Assembly: GCA_934615235.1 (NCBI GenBank)
Contig: CAKTTL010000002.1
Span: 6,184 to 70,183, forward strand
Direction: 5' to 3'
DNA: 64,000 nt
Source of the DNA: an uncultured Clostridia bacterium
GTDB lineage: Bacteria > Bacillota > Clostridia > Christensenellales > Aristaeellaceae
In this document: positions 56,258-64,000 of the stretch, piece by piece
How the letters are laid out: every line of letters starts with the position of its first letter
Numbering within the stretch: the first letter of the stretch is position 1
Translations under genes and position numbers: made by a program
Notes under the pieces: model-generated
The model's database searches: none
Seen by the model: only the letters and a program-made list of their open reading frames with translations
Told to the model about the DNA's origin: nothing

Positions 56258-57868
56258 ATGAAGAAACTTTTGGCTTTGGTATTGTCCCTGCTGATGGTGC
56301 TCACCGCGGCGAGCGCCATGGCGAAAACGGACATTCCCGACCTGTCCGGGCTGGAGGGCATTGCCCGCTTTGAGGAGCCGGTGCAGATTTCTTTTGCCCG
56401 TGTAATGGATTCAGCAGCTCAGTTCGATGATACAGATCAGGAGAAGAAATCCTATACCGAGAACCGCTGGATTAATACGTTCAAGGACGTGTTAAACGTT
56501 GAAGTGACATTTGACTGGGTTACTTCGCCTGATGATGATACCGCCAAATGGGGCGCGGCGATTGCCAGCGGCAACCTGCCGGACGCCGGTATGGTCAGCG
56601 ACGAAGTGTATAAGCAGCTGGTGGAAGCCGGTCTGGTCTACGACTGTACGGAGCTGTATGCGAATGAAATTTGCGAAAAGTATAAAAGCTTCTGTAATGA
56701 AGATCTGGTTGCAAACATGACTTTTGACGGCAAGCTGTACGGCCTGCCGATTCCCGGTAACTACTATATCGGCAATGCGCAGCTGTTCGTCCGCGGGGAT
56801 TGGCTCAAGCAGCTCAACCTTGAAGTGCCGACTACGATCGATGAAGCGATTGCGGTTGCACGCGCTTTCAAGGAAGCCAAGCTTGGCGGCGAGGATACGA
56901 TCGGCATGATGTTTGCCGATGGCTCCGGTGTGAACGACGGTCACCTGAAAGGATTCATGAATGGGTTTAACGCCTATCGCGATATGTGGGTCGATGTGGA
57001 CGGTAAGCTGGCGTTCAGCAACACGCTGCCTGAAATGCGCGAAGCGCTGCTGAAGCTGCAGGAAATGTATGCGGAGGGCCTGATTAATAAGGACTTCTCC
57101 GTTACCAACGGCACCGTCGCGCAGGAATATGTCGCCAGCGGCAAGTGCGGCATTTTCTACAGCACCGATTATGCCACGACCATGTCCATGCAGGCGCTGC
57201 ATGATCTGAATCCGGAAGCGGAAATTATTTGTGTCGGCGTCCCCGGCCTGACGGCGGATGCGGAGACGAAAGTTCAGACGTTTGCCGTCCTTGCTAGAAA
57301 ATTGTTTATCAATAAGGACTGCAAGCATCCTGAGGCGGTTGCACGCATGTTGAACTTGCATGTTGGAGCTTCTACGGGCAACGCGGAAATGGCTTCGGCT
57401 CTAGAAGTTGATGTGGATGATTCCTATCTGTGGTATAAACTGCTGCCCTGGAATGGTATACACATTCAGCCGGTAACCAATGACATCTGGGTTGCCGACG
57501 ACGTGCGCGTCTGGCAGGAAACCGGCGTTGAAAATTATCGCGGCGCGAACAGCCAGTCGATTATCGAAGCCTGCAAAGATCCGGCCTCCCCGTGGTGGTA
57601 TCTTGCCACATTCGGAAAGGATGCATCCTATACGTACGACTATGACATGTACATGGCCGGCCGGCAGTTGCCCAACGCGTTCAGCACCGTTCCGACTGAA
57701 ACCATGGCCATGCTCGGCGACGTTGTGAACGACGCGCTGAATACCGCGATGCTCGAAGTTATTATGGGCGCGGATATTTCTACGTACGATAAGGCTGTGG
57801 AGAACTGGTTCACCAGCGGCGGCCAGCAGATCACCGATGAAGTGAACGAGTGGTACGCTTCCAAGTAA
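56258..57868 (+). CDS. Extracellular solute-binding protein, large LplA-like family-1 SBP, cassette 2
   Basis: 536 aa with a signal peptide ending ASAMA (no lipobox Cys). Shares blocks with SBP1 (AKW..AIAS..LPD, REALLKLQ.MY.EGLIN, EVIMGADIS.YD.AV..W..SGGQ). Confidence 0.85.
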   Translation: MKKLLALVLSLLMVLTAASAMAKTDIPDLSGLEGIARFEEPVQISFARVMDSAAQFDDTDQEKKSYTENRWINTFKDVLNVEVTFDWVTSPDDDTAKWGAAIASGNLPDAGMVSDEVYKQLVEAGLVYDCTELYANEICEKYKSFCNEDLVANMTFDGKLYGLPIPGNYYIGNAQLFVRGDWLKQLNLEVPTTIDEAIAVARAFKEAKLGGEDTIGMMFADGSGVNDGHLKGFMNGFNAYRDMWVDVDGKLAFSNTLPEMREALLKLQEMYAEGLINKDFSVTNGTVAQEYVASGKCGIFYSTDYATTMSMQALHDLNPEAEIICVGVPGLTADAETKVQTFAVLARKLFINKDCKHPEAVARMLNLHVGASTGNAEMASALEVDVDDSYLWYKLLPWNGIHIQPVTNDIWVADDVRVWQETGVENYRGANSQSIIEACKDPASPWWYLATFGKDASYTYDYDMYMAGRQLPNAFSTVPTETMAMLGDVVNDALNTAMLEVIMGADISTYDKAVENWFTSGGQQITDEVNEWYASK

Positions 57869-57883
57869 ACACTTTCCCAATTC

Positions 57884-57931
57884 GCGCCCCGCATGCCCGC
57901 CGATGCGCAGCAGGCGGGGCGCACGTTTTTA
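57884..57931 (+). terminator. Stem-loop with T-run after SBP gene 2 (intra-operon attenuator/partial terminator)
   Basis: GCGCCCCGC...GCGGGGCGC followed by ACGTTTTT. Confidence 0.55.
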
Positions 57932-57954
57932 TTCCGCAAGCAAGGAGAAAACGC

Positions 57955-58878
57955 ATGCAAAAAACAAATGCCGCAAAAAGAAGAGCGATCGCGCGCTCAA
58001 ACCAAAACTGGCAGCTTCATGTGATGCTTATTCTGCCGCTTCTGGCGTTGCTGGTTTATAATTACCTGCCGATGGCAGGCATTGTAATGGCGTTTCAGAA
58101 TTATAAGCCTGCGCTGGGTTTTGCAGGCTCAAAATGGGTAGGGCTTAAAAATTTCCAGCTGCTGTATAACCTGCAGGGTTTTCGCTATGCGGTTCGCAAC
58201 AGCTTTGTGATTGCCTTGGGCAAAATTGTGCTCAACCTGATCGTGCCGGTAACGTTTGCGCTGATGTTGAATGAAATGCGCAATGCGCATGTAAAAAAGG
58301 TCGTGCAGACGGTCGTTTATATGCCGCATTTTATCTCCTGGGTATTGCTTGCCAGTATTGTTATCCGTTTGCTTTCCGTAAACGGATTGGTGAATAAAGG
58401 AATTGTGGCGCTCGGCGGCAGCGCGCAGACGTTCCTTGCGAGCAAAAAAGCTTTTCAGCCCATTATTCTGATAACCGACGTCTGGAAGGAGTTTGGATAC
58501 GGAACCATCATCTATCTTGCCGCGATGGCAGGGGTGGATGCGAGCCTGTACGAAGCGGCGGCTATTGACGGCGCAGGCTATTGGAAGCGAATGATTCATG
58601 TGACGCTGCCCGCTATCGCGCCGACAATCGTGTTGATGGGAACCATGGCGCTTGGGCGCGTGCTGGACGCGGGCTTTGATCAGATTTTCAATTTGTATTC
58701 TCCCGCCGTATACGAGACGGCAGATATTATAGATACGTTTGTTTATCGCATGGCCTTTAACAATATGCAGTACAGCGTTTCCACCGCCGCAGGACTTTTC
58801 AAGAATGTAATTTCCTGTGTTCTTATCCTTGTGTCTTACCGGCTGGCTTATAAGTTTACCGGGTATCGTACGTTCTGA
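57955..58878 (+). CDS. ABC transporter permease (LplB/CUT1-type), cassette 2
   Basis: Likely start is the ATG at 57955 (MQKTNAAKRR..) after AAGGAG. Strongly similar to 43276-44196. Confidence 0.88.
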   Translation: MQKTNAAKRRAIARSNQNWQLHVMLILPLLALLVYNYLPMAGIVMAFQNYKPALGFAGSKWVGLKNFQLLYNLQGFRYAVRNSFVIALGKIVLNLIVPVTFALMLNEMRNAHVKKVVQTVVYMPHFISWVLLASIVIRLLSVNGLVNKGIVALGGSAQTFLASKKAFQPIILITDVWKEFGYGTIIYLAAMAGVDASLYEAAAIDGAGYWKRMIHVTLPAIAPTIVLMGTMALGRVLDAGFDQIFNLYSPAVYETADIIDTFVYRMAFNNMQYSVSTAAGLFKNVISCVLILVSYRLAYKFTGYRTF

Positions 58879-58898
58879 AAGAGGGGGGGCAGAAAGAA

Positions 58899-59780
58899 AT
58901 GGAATTGGGCGCTTCGAGAAGCCGCAAGGCGTTTGTGGTTTTCAATTATATTTTTTGCGTGCTCGTCGGTTTTCTGTGCCTCGCACCGGTAATTCATGTG
59001 CTAGCGCTGTCGCTCAGCGCGAAGGAACAGGTGATCGCAGGCAATGTGACGCTTTGGCCTAAAGGCCTTACGCTGGATAATTATCGCTATGTGGCAAGGG
59101 ATTATCAGTTTTACAGCGCGTTCTTTGTCTCAATCAAGCGGACGGCGCTGGCGCTTGTGGTGGTAATGGCAATGACGATTCTTGCGGCATATCCGCTATC
59201 CATGACGCGCCAGCAGTTCAAGCCGCGTCGTGTATACATCTGGCTGTTTGTGATTCCGATGATTTTCAGCGGCGGCTTAATTCCGACGTATCTCGCCGTG
59301 ACGAAAACCGGCCTGATCAACAGCATTTGGGCGCTGATTCTGCCGGTCGCCGTTCCGGTTTATAACGTGATTTTGCTGCAAAACTTCATGAAGGCGCTTC
59401 CGGATGCGATTACGGAAGCTGCGCATATTGACGGTGCGGATCATTTCACAACGTTGGGCAAGGTGATTCTGCCGCTGTGCCTGCCGTCGCTGGCAACGTT
59501 GTCGTTGTTTGTGGCCGTCGGCCATTGGAATGCGTGGTACGATGGGATGCTCTATATCAACGATAACCTGAAGTTCCCGCTGCAGACGTACCTGCGCACC
59601 GTAGTAGTGCAAGTCAATCTTGATCAGATTAACGATTTAAACACGCTCAGCAACCGCGTTGCGACGGTGGCGGCGGACTCTGCAAAGGTCTTCCTTGCGC
59701 TGGTTCCCATGTTGATCGTCTATCCGTTTGCACAGAAGTATTTTATTCACGGCATTGTGCAGGGAAGCGTGAAGGAATAG
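58899..59780 (+). CDS. ABC transporter permease (LplC/CUT1-type), cassette 2
   Basis: 293 aa, similar to 44206-45093 (..AAHIDGADHFTTLGKVILPL..). Confidence 0.88.
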   Translation: MELGASRSRKAFVVFNYIFCVLVGFLCLAPVIHVLALSLSAKEQVIAGNVTLWPKGLTLDNYRYVARDYQFYSAFFVSIKRTALALVVVMAMTILAAYPLSMTRQQFKPRRVYIWLFVIPMIFSGGLIPTYLAVTKTGLINSIWALILPVAVPVYNVILLQNFMKALPDAITEAAHIDGADHFTTLGKVILPLCLPSLATLSLFVAVGHWNAWYDGMLYINDNLKFPLQTYLRTVVVQVNLDQINDLNTLSNRVATVAADSAKVFLALVPMLIVYPFAQKYFIHGIVQGSVKE

Positions 59781-59807
59781 TCGCCTGTCGCTGGTACAAA
59801 ATGAATT

Positions 59808-59836
59808 AAGCAAGCCGAGGTTCGGCTTGCTTTTTT
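59808..59836 (+). terminator. Intrinsic terminator ending the cassette-2 ABC operon
   Basis: AAGCAAGCCG-loop-CGGCTTGCTT followed by TTTT. Confidence 0.8.
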
Positions 59837-60090
59837 GCAGGCGCTGGAAGCAAAATGAACTATAAGAATTATTTGCGCTAAATTGAAATATAATGCTCAT
59901 ACTTGCGGCGTCGGCGGCGTTTTTGCCGTCATGTTAGCGGCAGCGGCTGCGCAGGAGCGTTCGTCAACGGCGGGTACCGCCGCGGTCGTGCTGTCGTTGA
60001 TTGTGTCGCTGAGCGTGAACATCGCTGCCGGAGCAAGGGCGAGGCACCGTCCTTCCTCCGGCGCTTGCGCCGGAATTCTGCCGGATATCC

Positions 60091-62721
60091 TCAACTTTCC
60101 AGACTCAGCTCGTAGGTGCACAGATAGAACAGGAACGAGGTCATCTGATAGCGGCTGATGCGGGTGTCGGCAGCGTCCAGCAGCTCTGGCAGGTCGCTGT
60201 CTCGCGTAGTGATGTCTTCCTGATTGCACCAGAGCATGGCGCGGATGGTTTCGATGCTGAGCTGCGGTTCGGCCTGAATCGTTTCCAGAAGCAGTGCCCG
60301 GTCTACGGCCGTGTCGACGCCGGCCATGGCCGCATAGCGATAGATCAGCACGCATGCGGTTTGGTAGTCCACTTTATCCGTGCAATCCGTACATGGATCG
60401 TCCTGCTGGAGCAGCCCTGTCTGCCAGGCCCAGCATATGGCGCTGTAATAGGAGCTGGCGGCGTTAAAGTCCTCGTTTTCAGAATCGGGCGGCAGGGCGA
60501 AGTCGTTCGTTTCAGGGCGTCCGGCGATCCGGTAGAGTACATCCGCAAATTCACCCAACTTCGCCGTGGCCTTTCCGCCGAAGGTATCCGGAGCCTCCGG
60601 GTCCACATACCCGTTGCGGTACATATACAGGACGCTGGCCTGATTGAAGATGCTCTTGATGTCTGTAAATACTATGGTGTCCTCCAGACTTCCGCCGCTT
60701 GGCTGCTTGTCGAAGACGTGGGCATAGTAATCGCTGTTGACAATATTTTGGGAGAGCTGGAATTTGTTTTCCACATAGAGCCGGTACGTATCGATCGTTT
60801 CATCGGAGACGATGACGTCCGCGCGCGCGGGGATGACGGTTTCTGTTCCGGCGTCATAACGGAAGTTTTTTGTCAGAAAAGATTTGTCCGACAGCACCGC
60901 CATATGGATGCCGCTGGATAATATGTCGGTGCCTGCCAGCAGGCGCGAGTCATAGTCTACGCCGAACAGGTTCAGAAGCGTCGGCAAAATGTCGGCTGTT
61001 GAGCAGTATTCATCTACCACAATATTCTCCGGAAGCCCGGGAACGTAGCAGATGAAGCTGTTGAGGTATTTTTCAAAGGTGGCGTCCAGCGTTTGACCGG
61101 CCAGTTCGTTGTATTCCGCTTCTGTCAGGCCGTAGGGATAATGATCGTTGGTCAGAACGATGCAGGTTTTTTCGGCGATTCCCGCCGCTTCCAGCCGCTG
61201 CGTCAGGTATTCCAGCGCGTACTCCAGCTCCAGATTGCAGGCGATATACGCCTTGACTGGCTCGGAAGCAGGCAGATTCTTCACCGCATCTTTGTTCTTG
61301 GCGCTCATGGCGTTATGCCAGTTGTACTGGTAATGGCCGCTGAAGGTCATGTAATAGGCGTGAAAGGGCGTTTCGCTTTCGATATAGTCGTCTACGGAGG
61401 CCTGCATCATCTCCAGATCGGACGAAGGCCAGTCGATTTTCATATCCAGACCGGAATCCGCTGCTTGAAAGGTGTAGCCCATATTGGCGTGCGTGATGTT
61501 CCGGTTGTAAAAATCCCCGATGTAATCGTGATAGGCCCAGGTTTGATATCCCATGTCCCTGAGCGCGTTGCCCAGGCAGAACGGGAGATAATTGGCGCCC
61601 GCCACGTTGAAGCTGGAATCGGTTTTGGTACGGGACATATCCGGATACAGCCCCATGCACAGGGTGTACTCGCCGTTGGTGGTGACAGACTGGAAGGTGC
61701 CGTAGTAATTTTCGAAGAGGATGCCCGTACGCGTCATCTTGTAGAGCGTAGGCGTCAGCTCTTCGCTGATGAACCAGGGGCAGAAACTTTCAGCGCAGAT
61801 CGTGATCAGATTATAGCCCTCCAAAAGAGCGGTGTAGTTATTTTTGCGGGTAGGGATCACGTTTGCCAGATACTGATCCGTGTTTTTCAGGATTTCGCTG
61901 TCGGTGCTGTCCGCCAAATCGGTAAAGGAAATGTCTTCAATCACATTATAGGAATTGCTGCTGTAGGTTCTCGGACTGCCGCTTGTACCCAGAGACGACG
62001 GAGTAATGATGGTGCTGTTCCGGCTGCCGAAAAGCATATAGCGAAGCTCCTGCACCGTGGTAGCCAGCATGCCGACCTTTTTATAGCTGCTGTCGGTGGA
62101 GGTATTCACGTTGAGAAAGGTGTGGTACACGGAAAGGGGCGTGTTCCGGCCGGAAAGAATGAGCCCCGCAGTCAGGGCCAGCAGGGTCAGCAAAGCGGCA
62201 AGGGATGCAATTGCCTGCTTCCAATGGAGCCGGATTTTCAGCGCGCCTGCCCTGCGCAGCTTAAGGCAGACGATCATCACGGGCAGCGGCGCCAACAGCA
62301 GAAGGATTGACGGCAGGTTCCTGACGACGCTGTAGAGGAGCTGAGAAGCAAAATTGACGATAACATTTCCGCCCATGCTGATCTGATTGATGGGCATGAA
62401 GTTTCCGAATATAGCCTGATAGACCAGCTGCACCTCGGCAAACAGAACCTGCGCCGCCACCAGAAGGAATCCTGCGAACTGACGCAGGATTCTGGGCAGA
62501 CACGAGACAAGCAGCGAACTGAGCGCGCCGCCCAGCAGGCCAAACAGGAGCAGGTAGACCGCATAACGATCCAGCGAGCGGTATACGCAAAGGTGAAGAC
62601 AAAGCTCCACGTAGACGCCGGCGGAGCAGAAAAGAAGCAGGTTGTCGCGCCATGTTTTCCAAAGGCAGCGGGGCGACGTCGTATTCAAGGCGGAAGCATC
62701 GCCGGAGTTGACTTTGAACAT
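60091..62721 (-). CDS. LTA-synthase (LtaS)/sulfatase-family membrane protein with a ~200-aa C-terminal extension containing SLH-like repeats
   Basis: 876 aa with N-terminal multi-TM segments, an alkaline-phosphatase-superfamily core (..LITICAESF..TTNGEY..) and C-terminal FTDI...GYV...FGG...EFADVLYRI-type SLH-like segments. Confidence 0.7.
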   Translation of the reverse strand: MFKVNSGDASALNTTSPRCLWKTWRDNLLLFCSAGVYVELCLHLCVYRSLDRYAVYLLLFGLLGGALSSLLVSCLPRILRQFAGFLLVAAQVLFAEVQLVYQAIFGNFMPINQISMGGNVIVNFASQLLYSVVRNLPSILLLLAPLPVMIVCLKLRRAGALKIRLHWKQAIASLAALLTLLALTAGLILSGRNTPLSVYHTFLNVNTSTDSSYKKVGMLATTVQELRYMLFGSRNSTIITPSSLGTSGSPRTYSSNSYNVIEDISFTDLADSTDSEILKNTDQYLANVIPTRKNNYTALLEGYNLITICAESFCPWFISEELTPTLYKMTRTGILFENYYGTFQSVTTNGEYTLCMGLYPDMSRTKTDSSFNVAGANYLPFCLGNALRDMGYQTWAYHDYIGDFYNRNITHANMGYTFQAADSGLDMKIDWPSSDLEMMQASVDDYIESETPFHAYYMTFSGHYQYNWHNAMSAKNKDAVKNLPASEPVKAYIACNLELEYALEYLTQRLEAAGIAEKTCIVLTNDHYPYGLTEAEYNELAGQTLDATFEKYLNSFICYVPGLPENIVVDEYCSTADILPTLLNLFGVDYDSRLLAGTDILSSGIHMAVLSDKSFLTKNFRYDAGTETVIPARADVIVSDETIDTYRLYVENKFQLSQNIVNSDYYAHVFDKQPSGGSLEDTIVFTDIKSIFNQASVLYMYRNGYVDPEAPDTFGGKATAKLGEFADVLYRIAGRPETNDFALPPDSENEDFNAASSYYSAICWAWQTGLLQQDDPCTDCTDKVDYQTACVLIYRYAAMAGVDTAVDRALLLETIQAEPQLSIETIRAMLWCNQEDITTRDSDLPELLDAADTRISRYQMTSFLFYLCTYELSLES

Positions 62722-63160
62722 ATCGTTTTCTCCAAATCAAGATTATTGCAAAGAAAAACAGACTCGTATAATTGTCTGTATATTTGCAGAAGCATATCAT
62801 AGAGAAAATATCGGCAACAGTCAACGCCTCTGAGAAAAATTTTTTGAAAAAATTTATGGGCGATGTACGTGAAAAGGATCGAAAACAGTGCGTTTGTGCG
62901 TTCTGCTGTCCTTCTGAGAAGCGATTCTATCGCGATGAAAAGTGCTGGCGTCGTATCGGCGGAATGGTTATGATCCTATTTGGGAATCTGTTCATGACGC
63001 AGTGCTGGATCGCCGGTCGATATCAGTTCCGCTGTGTATGAGGTGGCGCAGAAGCGCCCAGAGATTTCCACGCGGGAAGCCAGCGCTTCGGGCTGGTGAC
63101 GGTCGCGTCCCTGACTGCCATCACCAGCAGCCTGCTGCTAACAAGAAAAAAGAAATAAAT

Positions 63161-63202
63161 AAATCCGCCACTCAATTCCACTTGGGAAAGAAGGGCGGAT
63201 TT
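63161..63202 (-). terminator. Intrinsic terminator of the DUF1003 gene
   Basis: On the minus strand, AAATCCGCC...GGCGGATTT followed by a T-rich run (ATTTATTTCTTTTTT). Confidence 0.6.
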
Positions 63203-63217
63203 TCGCATTCTGTTGTT

Positions 63218-63754
63218 TCAGCTCTTTTTCGGTTCATTCGATGCAGCGTCTGCGGCAGCTTCGCTGTTCTGCTGATTCCACTGCTTTTCCAGCGCCGACT
63301 GTTTGGCGAGGATCGCGTTGACCTTGTCGTAGAGATCTTCGATCATGATCTCGGTTTTCAGGTTGACCTTGTAGTCGTTTTCGGCGCGGCGGCGATCCTT
63401 TTCCTCCTGCCGGTTCTGGCTCATCATGATCAGCGGCGCTTGAATGGCCGCGATGCAGGACAGCACCAGGTTCAGCAGGATGAACGGATACGGGTCGAAC
63501 GCCCGGGCGGCTAACGCCGTATTTATGACCATCCACAGCACCAGCCCGCCGGTGAACGAGAAAATGAACGCCCAGCTGCCGGCAAACTTGGCGATCGCGT
63601 CCGCTGCCCGCTGGCCAAAGTTATATTTTTCCTTTTCTTCGGCTGGATTGACGGACACCCGACTGTCTGCCAGCAGCGCCAGCACCTCTTCGTCCGTCAT
63701 ATCCTTCTGAATATCCCGAAGCACTTCCTTGAGCAGCTTTCGATTTTCCTTCAT
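63218..63754 (-). CDS. DUF1003-domain membrane protein
   Basis: 178 aa with ..FGQRAADAIAKFAGSW.F...F.. and DPYPFILLNLVLS..AAIQAPLIMMSQNRQ, characteristic of DUF1003. Confidence 0.75.
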   Translation of the reverse strand: MKENRKLLKEVLRDIQKDMTDEEVLALLADSRVSVNPAEEKEKYNFGQRAADAIAKFAGSWAFIFSFTGGLVLWMVINTALAARAFDPYPFILLNLVLSCIAAIQAPLIMMSQNRQEEKDRRRAENDYKVNLKTEIMIEDLYDKVNAILAKQSALEKQWNQQNSEAAADAASNEPKKS

Positions 63755-63792
63755 GGTTTTCTCCGTCCTTTACAGTTTAGCAGGTTTCCTGC

Positions 63793-63972
63793 TTATTTGG
63801 CAGCATCGTTCTCATTCCTGCGGAACACCAGAATCGCTTTGGCGGAGAGCGTAACGGAAAAGGTTACCAGCTCCCAGCCCACGCGCGCCATTTCGTTCGC
63901 CTTTTCTTCAATCGCCGCCGCCATTTTCGCCGCCCTGGGTTGATAGGGCAGTACGATCGTTTTGTAGATCAT
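63793..63972 (-). CDS. DUF4177-like small protein
   Basis: Likely start is the ATG at 63972 (MIYKTIVLPY..) after GAGGT. The ..GWELV.. core is typical of DUF4177. Confidence 0.5.
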   Translation of the reverse strand: MIYKTIVLPYQPRAAKMAAAIEEKANEMARVGWELVTFSVTLSAKAILVFRRNENDAAK

Positions 63973-64000
63973 AAAAATACCTCGCTTCAAAGAATATTTC

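Noticed and set aside
59883-60158. 91-aa plus-strand ORF and other small ORFs in the 59.84-60.09 kb spacer.
   Set aside because: The ORF overlaps the 3' end of the LtaS-like gene, has no RBS, is low-complexity and Ala/Gly-rich, and has no motifs.
62880-63150. Possible frameshifted gene remnant upstream of the LtaS-like gene. The pieces are ..YDPIWESVHDAVLDRRSISVP.., ..EVAQKRPEISTREASASGW, and a hydrophobic stretch ending LLLTRKKK that resembles a sortase-anchor tail.
   Set aside because: The pieces lie in three different frames. No LPxTG motif or recognisable domain is present, and each piece is short. I cannot support a pseudogene call without a homology search.

Overview
This window looks like a high-GC chromosome segment from a Clostridia-type spore-former. 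The yabP-yabQ-divIC cluster and a SpoVT-like N-terminus support that. All calls come from reading the sequence and the ORF track by eye. No searches were run, so product names are motif-level calls.

The window changes character at about 33.3 kb.

**Part A (1-33.2 kb).** Hand count of one 60-nt line near 10.0 kb gives about 67% GC. Contents are ordinary:
- An ECF transporter operon. Its fused double ATPase runs off the window start and is therefore missing from the ORF track.
- An AraC regulator plus codB-codA, preceded by a terminator/antiterminator leader.
- Three tandem M42 aminopeptidases, an M23 peptidase, and an RsmB/F-like m5C methyltransferase.
- A 3 x ~137-bp tandem array of hairpin/terminator modules.
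- Ppx/GppA, divIC-yabQ-yabP, a nucleotidyltransferase, rpiB, a GH105 hydrolase, and uxuA-GntR.
- A zinc-ribbon protein with a polyacidic tail just downstream of gyrB-gyrA.
- A RemB-like gene and an XpaC-TelA-LemA-like-TPM envelope-stress cluster.
- tRNA-Leu(UAG), tRNA-Gly(GCC) and tRNA-Gly(UCC).
- copA-csoR with two CsoR boxes.

**Part B (33.3 to ~59.8 kb).** This is a lower-GC mosaic (spot counts 30-58%) that begins exactly where a SpoVT/AbrB-like gene loses homology after 34 codons. It contains:
- A class II Fic gene bracketed by a 110-bp imperfect direct repeat.
- A DUF4143 AAA ATPase.
- An IS256-family element with an intact 8-bp target duplication and an in-frame TAG in its transposase.
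- Two adjacent cassettes with matching architecture, which are the main candidate for something new. Each has a YesN/YesM-type two-component system, a 536-aa LplA-like solute-binding protein and two CUT1 permeases. Each is linked to its own glycyl radical enzyme (GRE) and radical-SAM activase.
- GRE1 is 698 aa, has a G-C-V-E thiyl loop, and is co-operonic with an SDR. GRE2 is 749 aa and has an atypical T-G-C-W-G loop.
- There are no microcompartment genes, no aldehyde dehydrogenase and no ABC ATPase.

**Part C (60-64 kb).** An LtaS-family membrane enzyme with an SLH-like C-terminus, a DUF1003 gene and a DUF4177 gene.

A ~165-bp MITE-like element with perfect 17-20 bp terminal inverted repeats occurs five times. 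Three copies are full length, one is internally deleted, and one is a degenerate relic. Many long ORFs in the track are antisense artefacts of high GC content and were rejected.
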